From assembly GCA_051294375.1 (NCBI GenBank), contig CM119270.1, positions 732,344 through 796,343 of the forward strand: a DNA stretch of 64,000 bases, in the 5' to 3' direction. This DNA is from Paraspadella gotoi (taxonomy: Eukaryota > Animalia > Chaetognatha). Each line of letters starts with the position of its first letter. The stretch's first letter is position 1. The notes below the pieces were generated by a model. The model saw only the letters and a list, made by a program, of their open reading frames with translations. It was not told the origin of the DNA and did not search any database. The position numbers and the translations under genes were made by a program. This document shows positions 1 through 13,888 of this stretch, one piece after another.

Positions 1-92
1 TCTCTCTCTCTCCCTTTCTCCGTCTTTCTCCTTGTATATTTTTGGTTGCAGATTCTCGTTATAAAAATTGCAATTCACTTGTTTAACTTCGG

Positions 93-560
93 AGTCGGGC
101 ATTGCGTAAGTTTGTGGATAAGGCGCTACGTGGGTTGTAGATGACTGTCCGTAACTTCTATAACCCCCTCTAGCAGCCATGGAACGGGTCCCTGGGCTTG
201 GAACCAGGCTTGAGTGTTTTCCACGCCCCCAAGGCGGCTTACGGCCGTCCTCACGCTTCCCGCAGGGTGGGTACCGAGTTGGGATTGAACGGTCATGAGC
301 TGATGGCTTTACTCAATAAGCCACCGGGTCATGCTTATAGGTAGGGTGAACCTGGGCAATGCCCGACTACAAGTTCACACCACCTATAAACATGACACCT
401 TCAGTCGTGACCCGCTGGCTCATTAAGAAGACCCCTAGGTACCGGGTTCAATCCCAACACGGTACCTACCCTGCGGGACGAACCAGGACGGCCGTAAACC
501 GCATAAGAGGCCTGGAAAACCCCCAAGCCTGGTTCCAAGCCATGGAACCATTTCATGGCC
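93..560. mobile_element. Two nested, oppositely oriented copies of a tRNA-derived SINE-like element
   Basis: Outer + copy is 93-112 plus 371-560, with A-box-like TGGCTCATTAAG (416-427) and B-box GGTTCAATCCC (445-455). Inner - copy is 113-370, flanked by aagtt at 108-112 and 371-375. Confidence 0.7.
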
Positions 561-1042
561 TTATCTACAACTTTATCAAACTAAATTCACAAATCATATC
601 TACTTGTATGTTTTACATATTATAAGGGAATGAGGGATGTCGTTGTTGTCTTCTGAAAATTGAGGAAGCTTGCACACATCATGAAGTTAAAACTAATTAG
701 ATATTAAACATCTTGTTGGAAAGTCCTTAATTGAAATATCAAAATATATGTCGTGTGTCACCTTGGAAAAAGGCAGAACAGAAAAAAGTTTAGTATTATC
801 ATAATTGATTTAAAATCTTTTTTGGACAAAGTAATATTCTTCCTTTAATATTTTTTTGTTCTCTTTCCTTCAACTTTCCTTTCCTCCTCTTCTTCCTCCT
901 TTTCCTCTCTTTCCTCTCTTTCCTCCTCTTCATCCTCCTTTTCCTTTTCCTCCTTAAATCTCCTTTTTTTCTCCCAAAGAAAATAATAATTCCCTTTTCC
1001 CCTAAAATCATTAAGAGTCGACGAAAATTAGATTTCGTTCTG

Positions 1043-1081
<39 letters not shown>

Positions 1082-1191
1082 GCTTCAATAGATAATATAT
1101 ACCTCTTCTCTGCTTCTTCTACATCCACCCTCCCCCCCCTTCCGTTCCCCCTACGTTAACATATTGCTTCGTCTCCCTCTCTTTTCTTTCA

Positions 1192-4100
1192 ATAATTCGA
1201 TTGACGGCACGACCATTTTTTTTCTTGGTTCAGATTTCCCGAGAGAGAGCATGGCGATTTTGTGACGTAAAGGGAGATAAGAACGTGGAGAGAGATATAG
1301 ATAATAGGAAATAAACGTTGTTGTTTTTTGTTGTAGAAAAAGAAATATATATATAAGATATAATAGTATAATGAACGTTGGCAATTATTACTTGTTTTAA
1401 TGATATGGATATTATAATATTAGATATGATTATATAGTAAAGAGAAAGAGTGAGATAGTGAGAGAGGAGAGGAGAGAGAGAGAGAGAGAGAGAAGGAGGG
1501 AGAGAGAGAGACGCAGAGAGAGAGCAGAGGGAGAAGAGAGAAGAGAGAAGAAATATTGTTATTTATGGGTTATCAAAAGCAAAGTTTTAATGCGATTGAA
1601 AATTTTTTCCCTTTCTGCTCCTTCTTACTTCTTTCTATCTCTGCTCTCATCTCTCTCGTCTCTCTCTTCTCGTCGTCAGTCTCTCTTCTCTCTCTCTCTT
1701 CTCTCGTCTGCTCGTCTTCATTCAGCACAACAACTGCCCCAAAACTTGAACGAGAAAGGAGAAAAAAGAAAAAGTAGTGGTTATTTCATCTGCCCGCTAG
1801 GAAATCGGCTGCTAGAGCGGCGGCGGCGGGACGGCGGCGGCGGCGGGCGGCGGCGGCGGGCGGCGGCGGCGGCGGCGGTCGGCGGCGGCGGCAGCGGCTT
1901 GCGGCCGGCGGGCGGCGGGGCGGGCAGCGGCGGCGGCGTTGCGGCGGCGGGCGGCGGCACGCGGCGGCGGCGGACGGCGGCCGGCGGCAAGCGGGGGCGG
2001 GCGTCAACTCGGTTCTCCTGTCAGCACGGTGACTTGAGAGGTCACGTCGACGCGATGGACCGCTCGGGGTCTACGTGATTAGCGAAAAGACGGGAGGCGT
2101 CAGCTCGTTTTGAGGAAGAAGAGGAGGAGGTAGGTGATGGAAGATGAAGAGGGAAGGGAGGAGTAAAAGAGGAGGAGAAAGGGGAGGGGAAGAGGAGCAG
2201 CCGAGAAGAGGAGGGGGCAGGGAGAAGAATGGAGAGGGGATCGTGTTTTGGGCTGACCGTCAAAAAAAATTTCTCACGTTGGGTCGTGCGGTCGTCGGGT
2301 CGGTGCGTCGTCGTCGTCGAAGACGCCTGTCACTTTTCGCCCGCGCCTTTTGATCTGTTTTTTCGCGTGCAGGCAGAGACGAGGAGAGAGGAGGAGAGGA
2401 GAGACGGAGTGAGAGGAGAGAGAGAGAGAGAGAGTGAGCGAGAGAAGAGAGGGAAGAGAAGAGAGGAGAGAAGAGAGGAGAAAAAAGAAAGAGGAGAAGT
2501 AGAAAAGGGAAAAACCAAAGAATGGGGAGACGCGAGAGGGTTGGTTCAAGCATAAAAGATGAATCGTTCATACAGATTTCGGCTTTATTTTTGCAATCAC
2601 TCCCATTTCAGTTGTTAAATGCTCTAGAATTAAGTAAGATATTGTTTTATGTTTAAAGTTAATTTAAGAATAATCGGTTAGGATTATAGTTAGTGATTAA
2701 ATGTAAAGAATTAGAGGATTAGAGTTAATTTGAGTTAACAAAGAGGTTAATGATTAAGTGCGGAGACAGGTTACAAATCTCAACGTGAGTCCGGCTATAA
2801 TATATTGTAAATATGTTTTTATTGAGCGATCATGAAAATAATAAAAAAATGTAAAGATTTATCTTATAGTTTAACGCATGGAGCTATTTTATATTATTTT
2901 TATTATTAATACTATAATAATTTAAATTTTTTATAGATAAAGTTTTTAAATTTTTTTAATGGAGTGTCTGAGATAGGAGATGAGAGCTTTAAAAAAAGTT
3001 TAGAGGTGAAGGGTTATTATTTACACTTACGATGACTTATCTATAAATATTATAAAAAAATTATGAATGAGTAATGATTAATTTTTTGAAGTTTTTTGTT
3101 TTAATTTTAGAGGCCTATTTATTTATTTGTTTAATTTAATTTTTTTTAAAAATTTTTGTAGCACTAACCTGTTATCTTGAACTTTTTAATCTTTAGTGCA
3201 GAAATCGCATGTTTTTAAAAAAATTAATGTTTTTAAGCATTGTCTTTATAATTGTTAAAAATGGAAAATGCTTTTAATGTATGAGGAATAATCTTAATTT
3301 AAAAAAAAATAAAAATTCAAAAATCTAAATCATGAAGTTCAATTTTGATTGTAAAAAGGGATAAAAGAGACTTTTATTTAAACAGACATTTTTTAAATCA
3401 GTAAATATGTTAAAGTGATCTGGCCCTGACTTGATTAAGTATTAAAGTTTTAGTGTTAGGGATTAGTACGTTAAAGATTACAAGGTTTGAAGAGAGCGTT
3501 AGTAGCTAAGTATTTGGTTAAGGAGAGTTAAAGATTAGGGATTGAAGGATTATGGATTATAAGTTAAGGGGCTTAGAAAGATTAATTATAAAGTCAAAAT
3601 TAAGTTGCGATGGATTGAAGGGAGACAGAAATGTTGTCGTTTTTTTCTAGACAAAGAGAAAGGCGCCAGAGGAAACATGATTACTATTTCGTAGAAGGAT
3701 AAATTCTGTCTTTGTCGTCGGTCGTTGTTGGTACCTTTGTTGTTGTTGTTTTTGTCGTCTGTGGCGTCGTTAGTTTTGAATGAAGAGAGAGAAAAAGATA
3801 TATATATATATATAACTAATATATATGTATGGATTTCTCACTGGATGTAACCAAAAAAAAAATAATCGGGGATGGCTTCAACAACCGTATGTCAAATACA
3901 CAGGACGAACGACGACGATGACGGACGGGGAGGATCGAACGGACGGTCGTCTTGCGCCACGATCGTCCGCCAAAAATCGTCGGGTCTTCATGCGATGCGC
4001 CTCCTGGCGAGCGATAAAAAAAAATATCTATATTGTCCGGAGAATCAGGAGTCGGAATCTCATTCCAGTTGTTCGTCGGTCGTCGCGTCGTCGTCTGTCG

Positions 4101-4930
4101 ATTGGGTCGTCGTGCGTCGTGCGTCGGTCGTCTCGGGTCGTCGAGATGCCGTCCTTCCTACGTGCAAGAGAACTTCAAAATGCGATCCTGTTGCGAATTA
4201 AAAATAAATGACGCTAAGAAACGACTCTCTCTCTCTCTCTCCTCCATCTCTCTCTCTTCTGTCTTCGTCTCCTCGTCGTCTGCAGTTCGTCTCCTCCTCT
4301 CTCTCTCTTCCCTCTCATCTCCTCCTGCTCCTCTGGAGTCCTCTCTTCGCGCCTTCATCGTCCTCCTCATCTCTCCCTCACTCGTCCGGTCTCTCTCTTC
4401 TGCTCCTCTCTGCTCTCGATTCTCCNNNNNNNNNNNNNNNNNNNNNNNNNTCTCTCTCTCTCTCTCTCTCTCTCTCTTTTCTTTCATAATTCGATTGACG
4501 CACGACCATTTTTTTTCTTGGTTCAGATTTCCGGATGCGATTTGACGTAAAGGGAGAAACGTGGATGATAATAGAATAACGTTGTTGTTTTTGTTTGAAG
4601 AAATATATATATAGATAATAATAGTAGTATGAACGTTTGCAATATTACTTGTTTTATCGATATGGATATTATATATAGATACTGATATATATGTAAAGAA
4701 GAAAAGAGTGAGATAGTGGAGAGAGACGACGAGAGAGAGAGAGACGAGAGAGACTGAGAAGGAGGGAGAGAGAGAGAGAGAAAGAAGAGAGAGAGAGAGA
4801 GAGAGAGAGAGATGAGAAATATTGTTATTATGGATTAATCAAAGCAAGCTCTTAATATGGCGATTGAAAATCTTTTTTTCCTCTCCCTTCTTACTGTCTT
4901 TCTATCTCTCTCTCTCATCTTTCTCTCTCT

Positions 4931-4974
<44 letters not shown>

Positions 4975-7000
4975 TTCACCACAACAACTGCCCCAAAACT
5001 TGAACGAGAAAGAGAAACAAAAAAAAGTGGTTATTTCATCTCGCTAAGGAATCGGGCTGCAGAAGCGGCGGCGGCGGAGCGGCGGCGGCGGCGGCGGCGG
5101 CGCGGCGCGGCCGGCGGCACGGCGGCGGCGGCAGGCGCGGCGCGGCGGCCGCGGCGGCGGCAGCGGCGGCGGCGGCGGCGGCGCGGCAGCGGCGGGCACG
5201 TCAATCGTTCGTCCTGTTCACGTGACTTGAGGGTCACTCGACGCGATGGACGCTCGGGGTCACGTGATTAGCGAAAAGACGACGGTCAGTCGTTGAGGAA
5301 GAGGGAGGAGGAGAGGAAGAGAAGGGAAGAGGAGGAGGAGAGGAGGAGAAGGGGAGGGGGGAAGAGGAGCAGCGAGAAGAGGAGGGGGCAGGGAGAAGAA
5401 GAGAGGGGATCGTGATTTTGCTGACGGTCAAAAAAAATTCTCACTTGGTCGTGCGTCGTCGGTCGTCGTCGTCGTCGTCGACGACGCCTGTCACTTTTTC
5501 CCGCGCCTTTGATCTTTTTTCGCGGTGCAGGAGAGGAGAGAGAAAGAGACGAGAGAGAGAGAGTGAGAGAGAGAGAGAGAGAGAGAAGAGAGAGAGAAGA
5601 GAGAGAGAGAGGAGAGAGAGAAAGGGAGAGAGAGGTGAGCAGGAGCACGAAGAGAGAGAAGTAGAAGGAAAAATGGGGAGAGCGAGAGGGTTGGGTTAAG
5701 AAAAAGATGAATCGTTCATCAGATTTCGGCTTTATTTTTCAATCACTCCCCATTTCATTGTTAAATTCAGAATTAAGTAAATATTTTTTATGTTTAAAGA
5801 TTAATTTAAAGAATATGGTTCAGGATTAAGTTAGTGATTATGTAAAGAATTAAGGATATAGATTAATTTAGTAACAAAGGTTAATGATTAAGGCGGAACA
5901 GGTTACAAACTAACTGAAGTCCGGTATAAATATTGTAAATATGTTTATTAACGATCATGAAAATAAAAAAAAATTAAGATTTATCTTATAGTTAAACGCA
6001 TGGAAGCTATTTTATATTATTCAAATACTATATAATATTAAAATTTTTTTATAATAAATTTTAATTTTTTTAATGGATTCTGATAGAGCTTAAAAAGTTA
6101 GATGAAGGTTATTATTACAACTTAATGACTTATCTATAAATATTAACTAAAAAAATTAATGAATGATAATGATAATAATTTTTTAAAGTTTTTTTTAATT
6201 TTAGCCTATTTATTATTTTTTAATTTAATTTTTTTAAATTTTTTGTACTAACCTTTATCTAACTTTTTAATCTTTATCAGAATCCATTTTTAAAAATTAA
6301 TTTTTTAAGCATTTCTTATATATTGTTAAAAATGGAAATGCTTTTATGTATGAGGAAAATTAATTTAATCAAAATCTAAAATCATAAGTCAATTTGATTG
6401 TAAAAGGATAAAAGACTTTTATTACAGACTTTTTTAAATCATAAAATATGTTAAATTCTGGCCTACCTTATTAAGTATTAAAGTTTTAGTTTAGGGATTA
6501 TAGTTAAAGATTAAGGTTTAGCGTTATAGCTAAGTATTTGGTTAAGAGTTAAAGATTAGGATTAAGGATTATGGATTAAAGTTAGGGTTAAGATTAATTA
6601 ATAAAGTCAAAATTAAGTTCATGGATTGAGGAACAGAAATGTGTCGTTTCTAGACAAGAGAGCCAGAAGACAATGATTACTTTTCGTAGGATAATTCTGT
6701 CTTTGTCGTCGTCGTTGTTGTCTTTGTTGTTGTTGTTTTTGTCGTCGTCGTCGTTGTTTGATGAAAGAGAGAGAAAGATATATATATATATATACATATA
6801 TATATGGATTTTCTCACTGATAACAAAAAAATATCGATGGGTTCAACAACCGATTCAATACAAGGACGACGACGATGACGACGATGACGACGTCGTCTTC
6901 CACGTCGTCGCCATCGTCGTCTTCATCGATGCGCCATCTGGCGAGCGAAAAAAAAATATCTAATTTCCGGAAATCAGAGAGTCGGATCTCTTTCCAGTTG
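1192..7000. repeat. Noisy direct duplication (about 1192-4070 vs about 4487-7000) around a 25-N gap, each copy with a (GCG)n GC-rich island
   Basis: Colinear matches (taattcgattgacg, caactgccccaaaacttgaacgagaaag, aaaagatgaatcgttcat); the first copy is insertion-rich relative to the second. Confidence 0.85.
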
Positions 7001-7024
7001 TCGTCGTCGTCGTCGTCGTCGTCG

Positions 7025-7064
<40 letters not shown>

Positions 7065-7106
7065 TTCTTTCTTTCTTTCCTTCTTTCTTTTCTTTCTTTT
7101 CTTTTT

Positions 7107-7142
<36 letters not shown>

Positions 7143-7309
7143 GTCTTTCTTTTCTTTACTTTCTTTTTCTTTCTCTCTCTCTCGTCGGCAAAACCGGCCA
7201 AGAGTCGTATCGTTCGATTTTTTCTCCATCATAATCATGCGGTTGATGATCGAATGGTGTCTCTCTCTCTCTCTCTTCTCCCTCTCTCTCTCTCTCTTTC
7301 CTCTCTTCC

Positions 7310-7365
<56 letters not shown>

Positions 7366-7369
7366 GGTC

Positions 7370-7407
<38 letters not shown>

Positions 7408-7685
7408 TTCTCTCTCTCTCCTTCTACTCTCATCTCTCTCTCTGCTCTCTCTTTCTCTCGTCGTTTTCTCCCTCCTATCTTCTCTTGCTTTCTCTCTCCC
7501 CTCTCTCCTCCCCCCCCCATCCTCTGCTCGTCCTCTCCCGTCTCTCTTCTGGCTCCTCTCTCCTCCTCCTTTCTCTTCTCTCTCTGCTCTTCCCCTCTCT
7601 CTCCCTAAAGAGACGGAGAGATAGGTTCCACGGAATTCCATTGACGGCTGAGGAAGGTGTCATCGCCGAAAGGATAGAAAAGAAA

Positions 7686-10600
7686 AAAAAAACAGATAGA
7701 CAGCGAAGAAAGAAAGACAAAAAAAGGAAGAAAGAAAATAAAAGACAAAAGAAAATTAGAAAAGAAAAAAGAAACGTAGAAAGAAAAATTAAATTGTTTT
7801 AAAAATAAGAAGAGATGGTAAGAAAAAGATATAAGATATGAGAAAGAAAAAGAAAACAGAAAAAGAAAAAAGGAAAAAAGAAAATAGATAGGAAACAAGA
7901 AAGAAGGAAAAGAAACAAACGACTAGAAAATAAAAATGTAAGAAAGATAAAAAAAAGCAAAAGAATAGAAAGAATAGAAATGAAAAAAAAGAAGAATAAA
8001 ATAGACAAGAAAGCAGTTAGAGTAGGAAATAAATATAACAAATATTTCGAATCATATTTTATTGTTAAAGATAAAAATGATGAGAAAATAAAGTTTATGG
8101 AAATTTAATTAAAAGTAGGAAGAAATAAAAAAGAATAAAAAAGAAAAAAAAAAAAGAGGGAAAAAATGTGAATGACTTCGTAATTAGAGTTTTTTTTATC
8201 CTCACATCCTCTAGGAAAGCTCGTTGCTTCATTAATGAAGAGAGAGTGAGAGAGAGAGAGGGGAGGGGGGAAGAGAGAGGGAGAATGAGAGAGAGAGAAG
8301 AGCTCATATCTGAGAGACTGGAGAGGAGGGCTCGGTGCTTGGCCGTGGGAGAGGATCGAGAAATGCGCGGAGAGGCACGGATGTATATATAGAGCATTAA
8401 CCTGTATTTTTTTCGTAGTCAGATCTGGTATTGAGAAGCATTTTTTCTGTTTCTCTGAGACGGGTTGGACAGAAGCTTGATCGAGTATAGACAGAGTGGA
8501 GTAGAGAGGGCAAGGGGGTGGTTCGATCGAAGATGCTATATGATGACTAACTGCTGCCTGCGGATATGTAGTACTTGAATTTCTTTGCTATGAATAGCTT
8601 ATTATTGGTAGTGGGGTAGTGGTCGGCCTTTGCATCAAGATTTCTACCCTTCAAAGTTCCGAAATTTCACTTTGAAGGAGAACGATGGCGCTGATTAAGA
8701 TCCAAAACCTCCAGCACAAACGCCAGAAAGGTCTGTCTTCTCTCTTTCATCCAAGATGCAACCTCTCCAGCATCAATCGAAGGAAACGATCAAGCAGTCA
8801 TGTGGATTCTTTGCGAAATACATTGAGGAACGACCGTATCACCAATCTCCATTAAGTACAGATGACACAACTATTGCTTCTCAACACCGCAGCATCCCTA
8901 TGATTAACCTCGCCAAGGTGCTCCTTCCCCTCTAGCAGAGCTCACGACTTCATTTACCACATCGAGCAGGCCTCCCAACTCAGACGACAAACAAGGCGCT
9001 GTGAACTTCATCGACCGATTAGTTCAACAAATTTTAACTTTAAAATACCAGTTTAGCGACCTGCAACATACGTGCAAGGAGCCTAACAGTCCCTGATTTC
9101 TGCACAAATTATCAAACATGGCTTTTTTCCACACAACTATTTCTTAACAATTCACTGGGATGAGTTCAGAAAAAATATTCATACTTCTTTATTTGACTGA
9201 TAGAAATTTCAATTGAGAGAAAAATGATTGGAATCTGAGAAAAATACTAGCGCAGTTACAGGTTTGTTTATGACAATATTGCCCAATGTCATTGGCGTGA
9301 AGGAATCTGCCCCATTAAAGAGAGAAATTCTTTGGAAGATAAAACCTTTGTCACGTGAGTGATCACTGATCACACAACCCCTTTATGATGTGAATATATA
9401 TTCTCACTACCTTAACAGCGTAGTGGACAATAGAGGGATAAGGCTGAACAAAAGGACAATAAAACAGCCTGCTAACTAGAACAGAAGATATGCATTTACC
9501 CTCTTGATACTCTAATACAATGTATTACACATGATTGCAACAATCCTCGACAATGAATTAATGATGAGCAAAAAAAATCGCAATTCCAATGAATTCCAAA
9601 CAAGTCCCCCCATGCCCCCCCACTGCCCCATGCGTTGCTTTAAATTTCTGGTTGGCAGTTACTATGCAAACATTCACGACAAAAAATGCCTTCCGCTCTC
9701 TGGAAAACCATGAACGGTCTGTGCTCGAAGGTCTCCTTCCACTCATTTCCTGTCTGGAAGAATTTTCATTCCCCAATAAATCTCCATTTAATGTTGCGTC
9801 GTGGCCCTTTCTTTTCTTGCGCTTTTGTTTCTCTTGCCAGAGCTCTCCATTGATCTCGTTTCTTCTCTTCCCTTCACTAATTTTGATCAACTTATTTCTA
9901 TCTTACTCAACGACCCAAACCTCTTTTAATTTTTTGACTTTTCAGTCTTCAGGTATGTTTCTGTAGCTGGACTCAATTTCCTAGACTCATTTTCCTAGGA
10001 TGAGTCATTGGTTCAACCATCACCATAGAAATCTACAGTACATATTTATATTAAGAATTGTTCGCAGTATAAAAAAAAAAAAAAAGCAATTGTTATGTTC
10101 TCTGTATGAAAACAAATCTTCTGTTTTACCCCTTTTTGCCTTGTTCCTTGCGAATGTTCACGTAAAAAAAACCAAAAAGTTGAAAAAAAAAAAAAAAAAT
10201 TATCTTAGGTGCAATCACGCTCATTCTCAGTGTTAAGATAGATTTAAACAAACGATCACGGTTTTAGAAATATCACAATAGATAATTAAAATCTATTTCG
10301 CTTTTACTCTCCAAGTAGGTGCTGAGTCCTCTCTTAGGTCGATGGCGATAGCCCAGACGACGATAGAATACGTGAGATACAATGGTGACAACAATGGCGA
10401 CGACTAATTGGCGACGACGATGGCGACGTCTACGGCGCCGGCAATAGCGATGGCGATGGCGCCTCTGCTCTCCATTACTCTCTCCCCCCTCGCAGTCCCG
10501 ACGCTCTCCTCTCTTGCTCTCCCCTTCATACGCGAACACCCGAATCATGAAAATTAAAACAAAAACAAAAATTACCTTCTCCCGACTTCACCTCTCTCGT

Positions 10601-11880
10601 CGACTCTCCTGCAAAATCTCCGTCTGATTCTTACGTTCCCCGATCAACGTCAACATCTTTCGTCATAGCGGTTATCTGCAGCGACCTCCAAGGACCAACG
10701 TCTTCTCATGCATCTCTTGCGCTCTCTCTTTCACTGCTTCCCCCCTTCTCTTTCTGTGTAAACCCATGACCCCCCCTTTGTTTTACAATTTTTTTTCTTT
10801 GTTAACTGTTAAAGCTGGCAGCTTTGAAATAGGGTATCTTTCATAGATTGCCCTTTCTCTATTTTACCGGTGCATAAAGTACAGAAAATAGAATATATTA
10901 GTATCGATTTAAATTTCCTACTTTTCGACTTTTTGATAATGTTTTTAAACATTCTTTGAAACCCGTCTCCTAGTTAATAATCTTTAGTCTGGATTTATCA
11001 TTTCGTAGTGCAATTTTACTTTCTTAGCTTTCACAGTATGATTTATTGCTAGATACGACACTCACTTTTTTTGGCCGCCAGAGATCATTTTCCTCGTGTA
11101 AGTCTCGGAATCTTTTTTAAAATTATTTATATCAACAAACTTTAAATTTTTCATTGAACACGCTTCCTANNNNNNNNNNNNNNNNNNNNNNNNNAGCACA
11201 AGATAATTTAAACGCGGAGAAGTAGAAAAAAAGAAAAAAAAGAGGCGCTGGAAAACAAAGGAAATAATAAGAAAAAAAAAAAATATATAAAAAAAAAAGG
11301 GAAAAAAAGGAGGAAAAAGAATAAACATAGGATAGAAAACCCAAAGGGGGGGAAAAAGAAGAGAGAAAGAAGGAAAAGAAACCAAAGATCTAGAGAAATG
11401 AAAAAATGTAAGAAAGATTAAAAAAAAGCAAAAGATAGAAGTAAGAGTGCTGGATAGAAAGGGAACAACAAAAAAAAAAAAAAAAAAATAAAATAATTAA
11501 GACAAGGAGAAAAGGATAGTTTTAGGAGAAAAGAATAAAAATAATAAAAAAAATATTTCGAATCATTTTTATTTGTTTTTAAAGGATAATATGATGAGAA
11601 AAAAAAAAAAGTTATATGAGAATATATTCTTTAATAAACGTCGTCTCTTATATATACTGCCTATCATCTTCGCGAATGACATAGATGATATCTAGAGACT
11701 CCCAAAGTATGAGGAGAATAAAAAAAAAAAGATATAAAAAAAAAAAAAGGAAAGACAAAAAAAAAAAAAAAAAAAAAGAGGGGGAAAAAAAAATCGTGAA
11801 GACACCAACATGACTTCCGTTAATTAGAGTTTTTTTTTCCTCACATCCCTATGAAAGCTTCGTTGACTCATTAATGAGAG
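7686..11880. repeat. Direct duplication about 7686-8240 vs about 11195-11880 (second copy follows a 25-N gap)
   Basis: Shared aatatttcgaatcat, atgatgagaaaa and taattagagtttttttt...cctcacatcc. Confidence 0.7.
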
Positions 11881-12028
11881 ACGAGTGGACGAGAGACGAC
11901 GAAGGGGGCTACGGGGGGAGGGAGAGATGAGGATGACGAGATAGGCAGAAAGAGGACCCAGAGACAGTGAGGAGAGAGAGTAAGAGAGAGGCAGAGAGAC
12001 GACTGCGACGAGGAGGAGAGCAGAGAGA

Positions 12029-12063
<35 letters not shown>

Positions 12064-13005
12064 TGTTTTCTTGGCGTCAATTATTTTTTATCGCAACAGG
12101 TATCGCATTTGAGTTTTTGACGAGGAAGGAGGCTGCTGACGGCAAAGAAAGAAAGAAAGAAAGAAAGAAAGAAAAGAAAGAAATCATCTCAACGCGATAA
12201 TCGTCTTCTCAACCGAAAATAAGAATCAATGAGAATTCGCAACAATAAGATGACCGTTGATGCCAGAATCGGTCGACGATGGAAACCAAAATTGACGGCG
12301 CCATTTAGCGGCGTCCCACCCCAAAAACTGGCGCCGTCAATAAACGTCAGACGTCAGGAATCGCTGAGTCCGCGTTCGCGAGAGACAGAGCGCCGCTGTG
12401 ATGTCACGTCGCCGGGCAAAGAGCGCCGGTTCGGGCAGAGGAGCGGCGACGTGCTGTGACCGACGGAGATGGCGGCGTCGGGCGGAGGAGCGCCGCGGCG
12501 AGAGGATAGGATGGACGAAAGATTTCGGCGCCGAGCAAAGGAGCGCCGCTTGGAAAAAAATAGCGCCGAAACTTGATAAGAGCATCGCGCCGGGATACGT
12601 TGGCGCTAAAACGGGACCAGTGTCTCGCAGTCATCGAGTTCGTCGTTGGCATCGTCCTTCGCCAGGAGAAAAATATTTCCATGAACCAGACGAGAATTTA
12701 AGAAAAAGAAAAAAAATTCAAAATTCAAAATTTTGACTTAGAATTAAATTTCAAAAGTGAAATGAATTTCATAAGCGACTCGACTCGATTTTCTCGGCTC
12801 AAGTTTTTGCCAAGAATTTTTTTTCTTTTTCTGCCAAGATTTTTTTTTTAATCGGCCGAGAGTCTTTCTCTTCCTCTCCGGCTTCCTTCCAAACCTGTTT
12901 CATTATGGAACCATTCTTAATCCTCTGTAAATCTATGAAACCATCTTTCTGTATTTCATGAATCTACAATACTTTTTTTCCGCCAAATCCGGTCTTTTCC
13001 CGCCA

Positions 13006-13888
13006 NNNNNNNNNNNNNNNNNNNNNNNNNNNNNNNNNNNNNNNNNNNNNNNNNNNNNNNNNNNNNNNNNNNNNNNNNNNNNNNNNNNNNNNNNNNNNNN
13101 NNNNNNNNNNNNNNNNNNNNNNNNNNNNNNNNNNNNNNNNNNNNNNNNNNNNNNNNNNNNNNNNNNNNNNNNNNNNNNNNNNNNNNNNNNNNNNNNNNNN
13201 NNNNNNNNNNNNNNNNNNNNNNNNNNNNNNNNNNNNNNNNNNNNNNNNNNNNNNNNNNNNNNNNNNNNNNNNNNNNNNNNNNNNNNNNNNNNNNNNNNNN
13301 NNNNNNNNNNNNNNNNNNNNNNNNNNNNNNNNNNNNNNNNNNNNNNNNNNNNNNNNNNNNNNNNNNNNNNNNNNNNNNNNNNNNNNNNNNNNNNNNNNNN
13401 NNNNNNNNNNNNNNNNNNNNNNNNNNNNNNNNNNNNNNNNNNNNNNNNNNNNNNNNNNNNNNNNNNNNNNNNNNNNNNNNNNNNNNNNNNNNNNNNNNNN
13501 NNNNNNNNNNNNNNNNNNNNNNNNNNNNNNNNNNNNNNNNNNNNNNNNNNNNNNNNNNNNNNNNNNNNNNNNNNNNNNNNNNNNNNNNNNNNNNNNNNNN
13601 NNNNNNNNNNNNNNNNNNNNNNNNNNNNNNNNNNNNNNNNNNNNNNNNNNNNNNNNNNNNNNNNNNNNNNNNNNNNNNNNNNNNNNNNNNNNNNNNNNNN
13701 NNNNNNNNNNNNNNNNNNNNNNNNNNNNNNNNNNNNNNNNNNNNNNNNNNNNNNNNNNNNNNNNNNNNNNNNNNNNNNNNNNNNNNNNNNNNNNNNNNNN
13801 NNNNNNNNNNNNNNNNNNNNNNNNNNNNNNNNNNNNNNNNNNNNNNNNNNNNNNNNNNNNNNNNNNNNNNNNNNNNNNNNNNNNNNNN
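13006..13888. other. Assembly gap (other gaps: 4426-4450, 11170-11194, 15173-15368, 32927-32951, 43125-43154, 46396-46420, 54112-54136, 56669-56693, 58090-58099)
   Basis: Runs of N. Confidence 0.99.

Noticed and set aside
405-470. tRNA gene
   Set aside because: A and B boxes are present but no complete cloverleaf; it is part of a dispersed repeat.
799-8397. Many R/E/K-rich and S/L/F-rich ORFs
   Set aside because: Translations of (GA)n, (GAAA)n and (GCG)n microsatellites, open in several frames on both strands.
1192-11880. Tandem duplications as biological copy-number events
   Set aside because: Each abuts a 25-N gap and one copy carries read-error-like indels, consistent with gap-filling overlap artefacts.
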